From: the human T2T-CHM13v2.0 reference genome, Homo sapiens
DNA length: 64,000 nucleotides
Assembly: GCF_009914755.1 (NCBI RefSeq)
Contig: NC_060938.1
Direction: 5' to 3' (one strand)
Part shown: piece after piece, positions 1 to 15,615 of the stretch
Layout of the letters: each line of letters starts with the position of its first letter
Numbering within the stretch: position 1 is the first letter of the stretch
Translations under genes and position numbers: made by a program
The notes under the pieces: model-generated
Seen by the model: the letters and a program-made list of their open reading frames with translations, nothing else
Told to the model about the DNA's origin: nothing
Databases searched by the model: none

Positions 1-1570
1 TTTGGAGAATGGAGAAGCCTATTCTTCCAAAAGTCTTAATCAAGTGACTGAGAGGTGATACCATTCATTCACAAGGAATCCAGGGAGGAGAAGCAGGTTT
101 ACAGAGAAAGATTTAGGTGAGTAATACTGAAATACTGAGTTAGAGATTTCTTATTGGAACCCAGAGGCAGATGGTTATAGGAATCCAACACTTGGAAATG
201 AAGCTTGGGCTGGAGATATATCTGTAAGCATATAGGAGGCTGCCAAAGCCTTGGGTTTATATGACATCACAGGGCAAGATGATCTATAGACAGGATGGAG
301 AAGAATCACACTCATGCCATCACGTGACATGCCTGAATTCACAGGAAATATTGCAATCAAGCAAAGCACTTTCCTGATGAATCCAGTCAAAGCCTCAGAA
401 TCCTTCTACACAGTATGTCAGGCAACCACTGACAAGTGATCAAAGTTGGCAACTATAGGCCATCCTGATATAAAGAGAAAAAAGGAAAAAAACAAAAATA
501 GAGTCCTGGGAACCTAAGATTTAAAAGTTAGGCAGAAAAAGAGAAACCAAGGAGTGGCAAAATATCTATTTGTTCTCAAGGTCCTCCAAAACCTACCTTT
601 GTCTATATCCCTTTCTAATTCTTCTCAGCTCTAGGATTTGCTCTAGTAAACTAAACTGTTCTCAACTATCTTTTTGCCCTTCAACTCGTCAAATATACAA
701 ACCCCTAGAAAATGCCATGGAGAAAGCTTGGGCATATAATGGGAATTGTGAATATTTCTGTTTAGATGAACAGAAAGGATGTGAAAAGCAATAGTGAGAG
801 ATAAGTCAGAATGTTTTGGAACCATGCAATAGAAGTTGCTGGATCCAGTGCCTAGAAAGACAATGGTGATCCTATGAAAATAACAATTTCAGTAGAAAAG
901 AGAAAGGGGAAACCGGTCAACCAGGGATTAGGAAGTGAGTGAAGGACCAAGGAGTGGTGGCATTCACTAAACCGTAACTTTTCAAGATCCAAAAATTTTC
1001 TAAACAAATATTCTTAATTCATTTCCTCTGCTGCTAGAAGCACCTGCACCTGGGTCCTTTACATTTCTTTTTTCTCACTCCCTATGACACATATATTACA
1101 CACTCAATAAATATTTGTTGAATGACATCTAAGACAATCTCCCAACCAGACTTTAAATTATAACTCAAAGCTCACTTTTCAGAACTAAGTATACCTAAGT
1201 ACAAACAGGACTAAGAAATTTGTCCTCCTTCAACTTCTATGATCATGAAAATGCAAAGGGACAGAAGAATTTTGAGGTTTCTGTCTTATAAAAAAATATG
1301 TCCTGCCAAATTTCAACTATGGATATAGGAATCCACATAGCACCAAACTCAGGGATACAAAATGGGCAGTGACAGAATCTACAAAAGCCTCTGATCAAAA
1401 GATGGTTAAACATCACCCAGACAATATCTGCCCACGGGATAGTCACAGAAGGAAATCAGAAGTCACAAATCTGTGACCACTGACAATGTCCTCAACTGCC
1501 AGGGAAAGAACAGGAAGTGAGAGCAATTAGTTCAAAAGGGTAAAACGGGGGAAATCCAAGAGAAACTCAC

Positions 1571-1785
1571 AAGGGGACTTTCTCCTCTGTGGTGAGGCTA
1601 AATACCACCTTTCCCAGGATGACGGCACCGCTGTTCACCCCAGGCTGAAGCGTACTCAGTGGCTTGAGCTCCAGGGTCACTTTCTGCCCAGAGGCTGACT
1701 GATAGTGCCCATCACTGCAAGGGCCTAGATGGGCTGGGCGCAAGCTTCCCAGCATGCTCTGCAGCTTTTTGGTCTTCACCTTTCC
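1571..1785 (-). CDS. TTC5: TTC5 exon 8 ([71 protein letters not shown]+tt); remaining exons lie 5' of window start
   Basis: ORF track 1567..1863(-); acceptor ctttgcAG, donor GTGAGTTTCT at 1570-1569; phase 2 end. Confidence 0.85.
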
Positions 1786-1966
1786 CTGCAAAGAAGGGGA
1801 AATAGGTAAGAAGCTAGAAACTAGTCGCCTTCCTTGAGATTCTAATCCTTCCCTCCCACCCACTTCTATAGGGTCTCTACCTCGTAAACCTATTTATTCT
1901 TATTTTATTGACCCACGACAAAATAAAAAAAAAAAAAGTGGAATTCAGCCCTTCAGACATTTTTAC

Positions 1967-2113
1967 CTTACTCTCAAGGAGGCTGGTTAATCTATCCAGG
2001 AATTCCAGAAGTTGTTGCTCTCGTTGCCGGGGCTCTGGCCAGGCAGGGTCCAGGGCTGCAGCCCGAGAGAAGCCCTCCAGGGCCTCCCCATAACTCTCTT
2101 CATATTTATGCAA
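1967..2113 (-). CDS. TTC5: TTC5 exon 7 ([49 protein letters not shown])
   Basis: ORF track 1877..2179(-); acceptor gtacAG, donor GTAAAAATG. Confidence 0.88.
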
Positions 2114-2648
2114 CTGTACAAGAAGTGTATCCCAATTATAAGTATATCCAGACAAACTATCCCGAGGGAATGGCACCATGGGCTAGGAATCTAGAGAAAT
2201 AAACTGTTTTCCTTCCTGGTTATTTTCCTGTGCTGCAACAAACAGCCTGAAGAGCTGGTAACACCTTACATCCTTCTTCCTAGCCAAGATGATCACAACC
2301 CCAAAGATGGAATCATTTCAAAGAAGCTAATTTCCAAACTCTAAAATAGTTAAGTTGTATATATTGGCTCACTTGACCTTTATATTTACTTAACATTTCA
2401 GAAGTCTTCTAAAAGATCCCCCCATTCTCTACCTATTCTTCCACCTCCACAGCCCCTTCTCCTTTCCCTCCAGTGACTACACCAGATACTGAAGCCAAAC
2501 CGAGCTAGCTATTTATAGAAATAGCATGGCTTTCCTCTCGCAGTCTGTACCCAATCTTGTCCCTATGCAAACTCAGTTATCCTCACAAGCTAAGACATAG
2601 GTGTCTTATTTATTTGACCCTCAGATGACTACACCCCAAAGGTCTTAC

Positions 2649-2705
2649 CGTCGCCCTGTTCAGATGAAGGTCAGGATTGCTAGAAGCTTTTCTGTCAACT
2701 TTCTC
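2649..2705 (-). CDS. TTC5: TTC5 exon 6 (EKVDRKASSNPDLHLNRAT), 57 nt
   Basis: Minus strand: ttatAG|GAGAAAGTTGACAGAAAAGCTTCTAGCAATCCTGACCTTCATCTGAACAGGGCGACG|GTAAGA; found by reading the gap between exons 5 and 7. Confidence 0.85.
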
Positions 2706-2988
2706 CTATAATGGGATGAAAAGATTATCAGTGGATCCTGTCTCAATGTTAAGGACTGACATGCCCAACATGTCCTACGCCTCCTCTTTCTAGAGAAATG
2801 GAAGTTTCTTCCTTGCCAAAATGGTATTTATACCACAGAAGCAGTTACCGTATAACAGTGTGGATATCTTAGTCCCAAAACCTTAGGGATATAAGTGTTT
2901 TTGTATGTGTGAGACTTCAAAATATTATTATAATTTATCCATGTAGTAGTATTAAGATAGAATAAATCTTTATATAAATGAAATATGT

Positions 2989-3322
<334 letters not shown>

Positions 3323-3747
3323 TTAAATAGTGAAGTGCTGGTAATAAATGAAGAAAGGCTAGGATAGAAATGGTGTTCATTTAATGCATTTCCTCTGCCC
3401 ATAAACCTAGCTCCAGACACATGCGGAATCATGTTTCTACATCCAAGTTCCCTTAAAACACAGATAGAAAACCAAATTCAGACTCTAACTAAAATAGATG
3501 GCCAGGAAAAGAATTTTTTTTAAACAGATAAAATAGATGGCCAGACACCACAAGACAGTGCAGACCATGTGCTGTGAAGCAACTGCTGGCTATGTTCATG
3601 ACTATGCTTATTATATTTTTTTAATTCTCTTCATTACCTGGCGCATTGTAAAAGCACAAACAACATGAATTAAAATTGTTTAAATGGTTGGTTCAGATAT
3701 GTTTACAAATGCAGGTCTGGGCGAAAAACTTCAGATTAAAAAGAGAT

Positions 3748-4057
<310 letters not shown>

Positions 4058-5055
4058 CTATTTAGCAGAAGCCAAATATAAAATTTTGAAGGAATATACC
4101 ACACTATTCTTTAAAATGTAAACATTCACCAAATTAAGAAATTAGAGTAAAATATAATTGCTCTAAAAGTTCCGTGATTGAAAAAGGGCAGTTTAAAGTC
4201 AAAGGTAGAGTTGTGGGGAGAGTGGCAGGAGGGGGAGAAAAACAAATTTAAAAGGGCAGTCCCTGAATTGCAAACATGAACATACAGTAACTGTGTTCTT
4301 TATTCTACCACAGGGAGCAGAATAAGTAATGATAAGTTAAAAAGCAATTCTCTATATCAAGAGAAGCAAAAGAAGAAAGGTAAATATGAGAGCTAAATAA
4401 AAAGTGCTCAGAGGACCAATGTGAAGTCAGAAGCCAATTCTAATAATGAGAAAAAAGGCACTCAAAGTCTGAGGGAAAGCCCTATGCAAATGCCTATCAA
4501 CATAAAAATGCTTGAAAACCTAAATAAATTTCTTGAAAACCTAAATAACCTAATTCACTTAATTCCTAGGAAATGACACAGAACAAGCTACACATTGTTT
4601 TCTCTTTTAGCCCATGGGAAATCCAGAGCCATAATATTACCTAACGGTTAATTTGGGGATAGCACTTAATTTACACTGAAGTATAAGTTTTCATTATTCT
4701 TTAAAATGAATGTACAACAATATTAATAAGTATTATTTTAATAGACTTTTTTCCCATTAAAAAAGATGAACATGTTGAGGCAGCTCTGTGATTTGGTTAT
4801 ATATGTGTGTAAGAAACCCAGACAGGTCAAGGAGCTATCCAGCACCAATGCGACACGATGCAAGTGGTTCCTAACACTCAAGTTATAAGAAGTCAGTCAT
4901 CTCTGCAGACACATCTTTGCAAAATCACAAAAATGAGATGCCAGCAAACACTGCCACTGCCCATGATGCTTGCTAAAGGGCCACAAAGAAGACTGAACAA
5001 TGCTCTTGCTTCTGTTGTTGCCTATTCATCTGGCCTGGTGACCATAAGTACTTAC

Positions 5056-5147
5056 TGCTTGGGCATAGGCACTGAGGGCTTGCTGGGAGATCTTAGGGTT
5101 CTGGCCAGTAGAGAAGTAAAGGGAAAGATATGAATTCCCAAGAATAT
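5056..5147 (-). CDS. TTC5: TTC5 exon 5 ((Y)[30 protein letters not shown])
   Basis: ORF track 5026..5253(-); acceptor tctctttcAG, donor GTAAGTAC. Confidence 0.88.
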
Positions 5148-5556
5148 CTGAAAGAGAAACACAGTGACAAATCATCTCAGAGTCCAAGTTCAAGATATGA
5201 CTTATTTTGATCATTCTTGAAAGTATATTTGAAAGGTCCCACAAGAAATCCAAACCAGGAATGACACGATACTTAGTATACCCAAAACTCCACTAGGATA
5301 GAGCACCAAGGACACCAAACTGAAGTTTGAACAGACTGTACAAAAGCCCTTCCTTGCTTACGTGAAAACTAGGATCAAAAGATCGAAGAGTTCCTAGAAA
5401 AGTAGTTCCCCAAAATGTCTTTCGTGTGTCTTCAAAACAAAGATGCCCTCTCTGGCTTAAACCTCAGAATCACACTCAAAAGAGGGACTGCAAATGTTGC
5501 TCTGATTGAAAACATCTGCTCTAGAAACCTGTTGGAGATCTTTTGAGAGCACTCAC

Positions 5557-5707
5557 ACCAGGAGCGGCCATCATGGACATCCATCTGAACAGCCAACTTA
5601 GCCTGTCGGACACTGTCCATGACATGGTGAGAATGTTCATCTTCAGTGTCAGTCCGCAGCTGACGAAGCACCATTGACAGGTTTTGCAAGGAGACTTTGT
5701 TCCTGCA
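5557..5707 (-). CDS. TTC5: TTC5 exon 4 ([50 protein letters not shown]+t)
   Basis: ORF track 5432..5734(-); acceptor tatttgcAG, donor GTGAGTGC; 151 nt, phase fits exon 5. Confidence 0.88.
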
Positions 5708-5810
5708 CTGCAAATAGAAAGGGCACATACTCAATCTTCCTGATTCTACCTCCCCTTTCCAGATCTATTCTGAACTCAGTCTTCTAAATCTAATTTTTTA
5801 CCTTTTTAAG

Positions 5811-6110
5811 TTTTTTGTTTTGTTTTGTTTGAGGTGGAGTCTTGCTCTGTCACCCAGGCTGAAGTGCAATGGCGTGATCTCGGCTCACTGCAACCTTTGC
5901 CTCCCGAGTTAAGTCTTTCTCCTGCCTCAGCTTCCCAAGTAGCTGGGACTACAGGTATGCACCACCATGCCTGGCTAATTTTTATATTTTTAGTAGAGAC
6001 TGAGTTTCACCATGTTGGCCAGGCTGGTCTTGAACTCCTGACCTCAAGTGATCTGCCTGCCTCAGCCTCCCAAAGCGCGGGATTACAGGTGTGAGCCACC
6101 ACGCCTGGCC
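5811..6110 (-). mobile_element. Alu SINE, full length
   Basis: T-rich start, ends ...GTGAGCCACCACGCCTGGCC. Confidence 0.85.
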
Positions 6111-6112
6111 GT

Positions 6113-6566
<454 letters not shown>

Positions 6567-6872
6567 AATTTTTTCATCTAAATTCTTGCTGCCATCTGTA
6601 TCTTCAACCCCCATCCACAGGGATCAGCTTAGCTGCTAGCTTTTCTTCACTTCCTTTCTCCCCCTGAACCTGATCCCATCATCATCTTCCTTTCCCAGGC
6701 CCCTGCCTCTATTTTCCTCATTCAGGTCTGCTCTCTGACCTTTCCTCCCTCCTGATTCTGTCCTAGTTCAATTTCAGTTCTACTCTGGTATTCATGTCCT
6801 AGGGAAACTCATAGAACCAAAGAAATTCATCCTTCCCATCTCTGCTTTCCAAAGGGATAGGGGGCAGCTCAC

Positions 6873-7084
6873 ATGGGTGAGGGCTCCTGAGAAGCAGGTG
6901 TGGGCAGCTGCAACATCCCCTTTTTTCCAGTACACCTCACCCAGCTGGTTCCAGGCTTCCACCAGCTCGGGCTCCAGCTTCACAGCCTTTGACAGAAGCT
7001 CCTCAGCCTTAGGGCTATAGTCAGGAGTCACATTTAGTGCTTTCCCAGTTAGCATTAGAACTTGTGCCTTGCCCTGGACAGAAC
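6873..7084 (-). CDS. TTC5: TTC5 exon 3 (..[71 protein letters not shown])
   Basis: ORF track 6792..7055(-) carries the TPR-containing peptide; acceptor cctcttAG, donor GTGAGC after CAT; phase consistent with the neighbouring exons. Confidence 0.88.
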
Positions 7085-8098
7085 CTAAGAGGAAGAAAAA
7101 AAGATAAAGTGGGAAAAAAACAAGTTAAAGACCAGGGCACTTTCTCTCAAAAAATAACTACACGTCAGTTTTAGGAATAAAAAGAGTTGGGGAAAATATT
7201 TATCAATAAACCATTTATTGAAAGCTCACCATAGGCAGAGTGTATGTTAGCTAATTAGGCAACAAAGAAAGCACTATTTCTAGAGCTTCTGCCATCTGTT
7301 TCTTGGGCCCCTATCTACAAGGATCAGCTCGGTTGCTAACTTTCCTAGAGGGGTTTACAATCTAGTGGAGAAGACAAAGCGTAAACATGGAAAATTAAAA
7401 CCATGAAAAAGAGCATATGGCATTAGCCCAATGAATGGGCTTTAACAAGTGAAGAGAAGATGAGTCAGGACAAATAGTTATCGTTAAAACAAAACAGAGA
7501 GAGAGAAGAAAAGACCCTCCAGGTTAGAAAATGATATAAACAAAGACACAGAATCAGAAGTACATGTGGCCATGTTCATGGGAGAATAGACAGTTCAACC
7601 TGGATGAAACAGAAAGTTCCTCTACAAGTAATTAGTCAGAGATAAGGTTAGAAAACAGAGTAAAACAATGGACACTTAAATACCAGGTTAAGGGGGTTAG
7701 ACTTCAGCTAGTCAATAGCAGGAATCTTTAAAGATACCTGAGCAAAAAGGCAGATGAGAGGATAAGGTTAAATGCATGAAGTAATGATTTAGAAAGATAG
7801 CCATGGCCATGGTATTATATAAGTGGATTTGAAAGTAAAAGAAATTAGAGGCAGAAAGTCAGATTACTGCAATAGTTCAAGTAAGTATGCTCTTTCATTT
7901 CATGCCATTTGCTATAATCAAATTTTAGGAAAAGTGGCTTAGGGAATGAAAGGTTGCACAGGGGCCCTGAGAAGTAATATTACGTTGTACTACCCTATAG
8001 CAGTAACAGATAGGATACCAAAGAGTCAATGAGGAGGGAGCAAAGGTCAATCACATTTCACTGAAGGATGGGGGTTGTACAATCTCTAGGGCTCATAC

Positions 8099-8231
8099 CC
8101 ACTACTTCTTCCATCTGCTGTAGGGTTTTCTCCATCTCCTTCCGCACATCCTGTTGCTTCCTCCCAGCATCCTCAACACTATGTGTCTCGAAATAGCAGT
8201 CTCGAAATGAGTAGAGCTGATCCACGAGTTC
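8099..8231 (-). CDS. TTC5: TTC5 exon 2 ([43 protein letters not shown]+g)
   Basis: Acceptor ctttttAG at 8233-8232, donor GTatgag at 8098-8097 on minus strand; frame continuous with exon 1. Confidence 0.85.
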
Positions 8232-9181
8232 CTAAAAAGTATGACAATGGAACCATTAAGTGGAAAGATCACTGGATAGGGAAACTTGAAATTGGCTAGC
8301 CATACCAGCTCTTGGTCTAGAAATACCAATTCTCTTTCTCACCTATGAATGGCACAATAGGCAGGTGGACAGGTTTACTAAAATGCCACAAATCATGAGG
8401 AAAAGCAGCCAGTACCCCAGGCCAGCTCTCATGGTCCCATGTTGTCCCATGCCAGTGTCTCTATTGTGATGACCATTTTCTCTCCCTGCCTCAGCAGGGC
8501 TTCTAATATGACTAAGCACTTCACATACCACAGTCATGAGGAGGGAAACACTGCAACTTAAGATAAACCAAAAGTTAGTAAGATCATTCTATATGGTCCT
8601 GGTCCTCAAAGAATAACACTTTGAAATTTACCCTTAAAGTTGGACTTCTCAACTAAAACCATTTTATCCCTGATTTTTCATATGCTGAGATCTGAAAATA
8701 CAACACAACCTTTGTGAATATAATAAACATGTTAGAGAGTCATTGTTTTCCACCACAAACATACCAATTTGAACTTGGTAACTTTGGTATCTTTGCAGCA
8801 TTTTGTTCTTTTAAATGCTTATTGTGGTTTTGTTTAGTTTGATTTTTTTGTCAAGTCATCTTCTGGCTGCCTTGGATTTTTTACAAATAAATATTCTCTT
8901 TCCTCTTAAATGCCTCTGAGTCTTCCTGTCACACCAGGCAAAGCTTTTCTACTACAGGTCAAGCATCCCTAATGCAAAAATCTGAAATCCTCCAAAATCT
9001 GAAACTTTTGAAACGCTGACACCACAAGTAGAAAATTCCACACCTGACACACAGTCAAAATGCGGTCAAAACGTTGTTTCAGGCACAAAATTATTAAAAA
9101 TATTGTATCAAATTACTTTCAGCCTATGTGTATAAAGTGTAAATGAAACAATTTTTTTTTTTTCTTTTTTAAAAGACAGGG

Positions 9182-9574
<393 letters not shown>

Positions 9575-11919
9575 TTTCATATTTAGATTTGGGTCCCATC
9601 CCCAAGTTATCTCATTATGTATATGCAGATATTCCAAAATTCAAAAAAATCCAAAATCCAAAAAACTTCGAGTCCTAAGCATTTCAGATAACAGATATCC
9701 TATTCTTTCCTGAAACTAAATAGATAGCAGCAGAAAGATATAATCACTACCCTTCGAGTGTAATCAACAATCTTCACAACACATCCTGAATTCATCCACC
9801 TGTCTCCATCCCACTATGACCATTCCTGGATTACATCAGCTTCATTACTTGCCTGGACTGCAAGAGCTTCTTAACCAGTCATCTTGTTTCTGTTCTCTCC
9901 CATTCTCCTCACTGTAGTGGGAGTGATCTTACAAACCTTCAAATAGTTTCCCATTGCAGACAGAATAAAATCCAAGTCCTTATCATGACCTAGAAGACTG
10001 TATGAGCTGACCTACCACCACCCATCCTGACACAAACTTCACCTCTCACCATTCTCTCTCCTACAATACTCAAGCCAGAGTTGCCTTCATGCAGTTTCTC
10101 AAACCCATCAAGCTCAGCCCACCTGGAAGACCTTATGCCTGGACACTTTCTCCAGATCTCTGCATAACTTATTCCTCATCATCATTTAGATCTTAGGTCA
10201 AATATCAATTCCAGAAAGGTTTTCCCTAATTACTCAACCCAAATGAATCCATTCCTTCTCTCCTCTACTGTTATATCATACTCTTATTTTTCTTCATACT
10301 TATTTAAAATCATGTGGCCTATCATTAATTGTCTATTGTCTGCCTCCACCACTGAAATGTAAGCTCCAGGATGGAAAGGCCTTTAATCTGTTTTGTTTCG
10401 AGCTACACCTGAGCACCAGAACGGGACTTGGGACATGATAGGCTCTAATTCACTACACTTGATTGAATTAACTAACTAACTATCCCTGTTCTAACAAATA
10501 CATATGTGCTATACTTAATTTAAAATCCTATCCAGAATGAAGGGAACAGACTAGCACCCTCTGCAAATTTTATTGTATTATATCCAAGACCCAGCCTGCA
10601 GAGACTCTGATTTTAACAGTTTAGCAGAACTCAAAATTCTACATTTTTAACAGGCACCCCAGATGACTGTAATGAAACTGTCTGTAAAACACACTTTGAG
10701 AAATATCCATTTATACACTCTTTTTACACTAAAATGTCTTTAACAATGAAATCAAAGTTTACCACCATCTCCATGAACAGCAACACCATTATCTAATCCT
10801 TTTCCTCTTCTCTACTTCACTCCTTTATTCCATTCCTGCACCGACCCCACCCCAAGATAACGGAAGTATCCTCTCCCAAGCTGCTTAGGACATTTACCAC
10901 AAATGAACCTAGGAAAAGACAATTCTCATAAAAAATTACAACCAATTTCCTTTTGTCCTGCAATCAACATGGCTGCAAATTAAGAGTTGTAGAGAAGGGC
11001 TTATTGATTGGTTTTAGTTGTTAAACCAAACATTCAAGAAGTTGTTTGGTTTTATTGTTTGGTTTTGTTTTCCTCTGGACTGAATGTTTTTAGAAACTTA
11101 TTTTTTCATGGCAAAATCAATACATGTAAGTTGTTAAAATTCAAATAGATACATGTAAAAAAAAGAAAGTACAAAATTACCCCAAAGAACCTCAGTGATA
11201 ACCACTGATTTGTATACCTTTTTCAGATTTTTTTCTGTGCATATACAAACATATATACACAAATAATGTTTCTAATATAGAACCAGAATTGAGAATCTCT
11301 GATTTCAGCCAGTCACAGTTAGGGAATAAAATGAAGTTAATCCAAATCAGCTGGAACACTCTAAAAAGTGTTACTATTTTAATGTACCCAAGAACAAAGA
11401 AATTTCACCAGTATTTAAATTTGTGCGTTAAACACCTTTAGGCAAGTTACAAGCCTGTCATAGTTCTAATATTTAAGTTACAGGCTGCCTTAGAACGAAG
11501 AACTGAGTTCCTGAGGTGTAAGGAAAATCATGGGTTCTTAAAGGCAAAGAGCCAAGCAACTAGTTAACGCCTCCCTACCAAGTCCAAAAGACTAGTCTTA
11601 CCTGTGGACTATGTGGAGTCTGGACCCCTCTGCATCAGACCCCAAAGTGGAATTACACAGGTTGAAAGAAATCAAAACTGAAATCCTAAGGGGAGTAACC
11701 AGGACACTTGCAGTGCAGGTCATTAGCGTGATTGTTGCCAAATTCAAAGCAGAAAGGTGTTAAATGGCTTTTGTAGGGATCAAAACAACATGTGACAGTA
11801 GTTCATGCAGATCTGCCACACACATGTATATGCTATTCGCTATGGATGAATCGAGAAAACAACGTCCTCTCTAAAAATGTACATGAACAGTTAGGAGCAA
11901 CAAATCTTCTTCCATACAG

Positions 11920-12330
11920 GACTGAAATTAACCGCAGTCAGGTCGGCAGCAGGAGGTTCCAACGAGGCTCCCTGGCTGGCTGCGGCTGCACCCTCGAGGG
12001 TTGTTATAGTAACCACACAGACGCACGCAGCTTCGCGTGTGTGCCGAGGAATTCACGGGCAGTACATAAACTGGACTCCCTGCTTCATTCGGAGTAACAA
12101 AAACACATACAGAATTTAATCTACGGCCCCACCTGCAATTTCTGCAAGATCGGCTTGACTTCTTCCTCTTCATCAGCCATCATCTCCCGGCCACTCCACC
12201 CCCAACTTTATAACCACAGAGACGCACGCCCTCTCTCACCGCGGAACCACAGCGACATCTGGCGTTCTGGAGGCTTTTCTGCCCCAGAAGGGCTTTGCTT
12301 CAAACCGACTTAACCGTTTATTTCCACAGA
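11920..12330 (-). promoter_or_regulatory. TTC5: TTC5 CpG-island promoter / 5' UTR region
   Basis: About 24 CpGs in 400 bp around the initiator ATG at 12183; three AACCACAG motifs lie within it. Confidence 0.6.
12133..12183 (-). CDS. TTC5: TTC5 coding exon 1 (MMADEEEEVKPILQKLQ); donor GT at 12132-12131
   Basis: Reverse strand reads ATGATGGCTGATGAAGAGGAAGAAGTCAAGCCGATCTTGCAGAAATTGCAG|GTGGGG; matches recalled TTC5 N-terminus; lies in CpG island. Confidence 0.85.
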
Positions 12331-13273
12331 GATGCTCTACAATCACTTGTGAGTTCATAAACTTCTTTCTTTCCCAGATCCTGGAAACAAAATGTCCTCA
12401 GCTTAATTTCTATATTCTTGTTTCATGTCTTCCTACTTATTTATACTAAGATTATAATACTCCATAAAGAAGAGAGTTTAAGAAGTGCACACCTGTGTTG
12501 TTTGAAATTTCGAAAGCCATGTAGTACAATAGCTACTTTACTCAATCTTTTCCAAACTTTGCAGTAATTTTCTATGTATGATTAATTTTATCATTTTAAT
12601 GCACTATCTTAATAAATACTACACTTGGGATGGCTCATAAAAACCAACATGCTCTACACTAACAATGCCTCCATATTTATAGACAACATCCAGAAGGATA
12701 TATAAGAAAGGATGACTGTCTCTGCAGAGGGAAACACAGAAACTGGGGAACTGTGGGTGAGCGAAGAAAATTTTCACTGCCTGCCCTTTTGAATTTTCTT
12801 GCCATCTATATGTATCACCTATTCAAATATAAACATTTTTAAATAAAAAATTATTTGCTTCTACATAGTCTCTGGAAAGAGACACAAGACACTGGCAAGA
12901 CTATCGCTTACAAAGAGCAGAAGTGAGTGGCTGGAGCAAAAATGAGTGACCAGGGAACTGGGGTAGACTTTTCACTCTATGCCTTTTTTGTAACTTTAAA
13001 GTTTGTACCTTGTGAATATATTAAACTTCTGAATAAATCTTTTAAAGTGTCATGTAATATTCCTGGCAGTTTTGCTTTACTTTTTTAGTTTTAATTACAG
13101 CTTCAAGCTGATTCTGTGAAACTAACAAAGAAGTAAAACGTTCAAGGCAGAAATCATGAATATACATAAAATCATTTCCTCAAATCATTTTCCAACATAA
13201 AGGAAATAGTTTGTATTGTAACCTATAAAATCTATGTCGTTAGCTGTAAAATAGGGAGGGATGTTTTAAAAAA

Positions 13274-13562
<289 letters not shown>

Positions 13563-13604
13563 CTAAAACTTTAAAATTTTTCATCCTCTTTCTCAGACAT
13601 TTTA

Positions 13605-13944
<340 letters not shown>

Positions 13945-14189
13945 TTAAGAGATTTTATACTCTATATTCCTAGTGAAGGAAACACTACTTGCTTTTCAAT
14001 TATGTAAAGCAGGGGTATTTAATTGCCTTTCTACAATGACTAAATATATCTTCAAATGATTTCAGTATAATTTTTATTACCTAAAAAACAATGGGATTTG
14101 ACATTTAGGGTAATTCCATTGTTAACACATCTTAAACCATTAAGAATCAATCCTAAAATTTAAGAGTTAGAAAAGGCTGTAAGGATAAC

Positions 14190-14300
14190 TTAATTCAGTC
14201 CTTCATTTTACAGATACAGAGACTAAGTCCAAGAAAGTTCAAACTAAGTAGAAACCAGAACCCAGATCTTCTGCCTCTCCAGCCAGTATGCTTTCAAATC
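14190..14300 (-). mobile_element. MIR SINE fragment
   Basis: cattttacagatacagagactaagtccaagaaagttcaaactaagtagaaaccagaacccagatc resembles MIR 5' region. Confidence 0.4.
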
Positions 14301-15506
14301 TTTCCTCTAACAGGACATAAAGTTACTGAGAATGTCCTTCAAATTTCTATCATGGCTCTACATTTTAAATAAATAAATGCATAAACAATTTAATTCCCAT
14401 AATAATAGTCAGAAATACTCACTAAATAAAGGAAAACAATAAATAAATCTTTTATTTTAATACAATCTCGAGATCAATAACACATTGGTAAACTTTCTGC
14501 AGAAGTGCATTCCTAAATAAGTAAACCCAAGGCAATAGTTGACAAAAAGGTAAAGAAGTAGCTTTATTTTAAAATACAGTCTTCCTTTGGTATCTTTGGG
14601 GGATTGGTTCCAGGAACCCTCATGGATACCAAAATCCTTGGATGTTCATGTCACTTTTATAAAATGGCATGGTATTTGCATATAACCTACAGATTCTCCC
14701 AAATACTTTAAATCACCTCTAAATTATTTATAATACCTACAATGTAAATGCTATCCAAATAGTTGTTATATAGTATTGGTTTTTAATTTGTATTTTTTTA
14801 TATTATTTTTTCTCAAATATTTTTGATATATGGTTGGCTGAATCTGCAGAAGCAGAACCTATGGATACAGAGCACCGACTGTAAATGCCAAAAAAATTAA
14901 CTTTAAAAAATAACTTCAACAACGTGAGTTATTTTTAAATACAAATAGGGACTGAACATACATGCATCAAATTGTACTCTCGTTCACTGACATAAGCACA
15001 CCTCCAAACAATACGAAGGTAAATACATAAATATATACAAATAAATACACACACCCAAATAACAAGCTACACATCACCCACCATTTTCCAAGACCAAAAT
15101 TTTCACATAAACATACTGGCAAATACAGCAAAATATCAGTGTACATTAACATACTTACATATACAGATATGCATAAATACCAGAATTCAAAGCAACATGT
15201 AGCATATAACACAGGTACTTAAGGCATAAACACCACAGCTCAGTGAGAAACAGCACAGGGAGAAAGAGTTATCTATTGAAACAAATACTATTGTGACCTT
15301 CTCACACTAGGGATGAAAATTCAGCAGTTCACAATGGAATTGAGACTAATAAAATGCTTATGCTTTAAATAATAGAAACAAAGAAACCAGACTCTAAACC
15401 ACTCCCCACTGCCAATGAGTTTGTTATGTTGATAATGTGAAAACAACTTCAGAGACTTAAAAGCACAGAGAAGCTGGGGAGTCCTATCTAGAAAAAAGAT
15501 TTGCTA

Positions 15507-15615
15507 CCCTGCCCCTGCCCCTGCCTCTGCCTCTGCCTCTCCCTCTCCCTCTCCCCTCTCCCCTCTCCCCTCTCCCCTCTCCCTCTCGGTCTCCCTCTCC
15601 CTCTCTTTCCACTGT
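15507..15615 (+). repeat. (CCCTCT)n hexamer repeat of the SVA 5' end
   Basis: ccctgcccctgcctctgcctctgcctctccctctccctctcccctctcccc... Confidence 0.9.

Noticed and set aside
1-1570. Search for TTC5 exons 9-10 ([27 protein letters not shown]...)
   Set aside because: I found no matching frame on the minus strand in this interval. The remaining TTC5 exons evidently lie beyond the window start.
11792-12173. ORFs 11792..12097(+) and 11928..12173(-) in a GC-rich region
   Set aside because: They fall in the TTC5 CpG island and intron 1. There is no homology or splice context. The real CDS is the 17-codon exon at 12133-12183.
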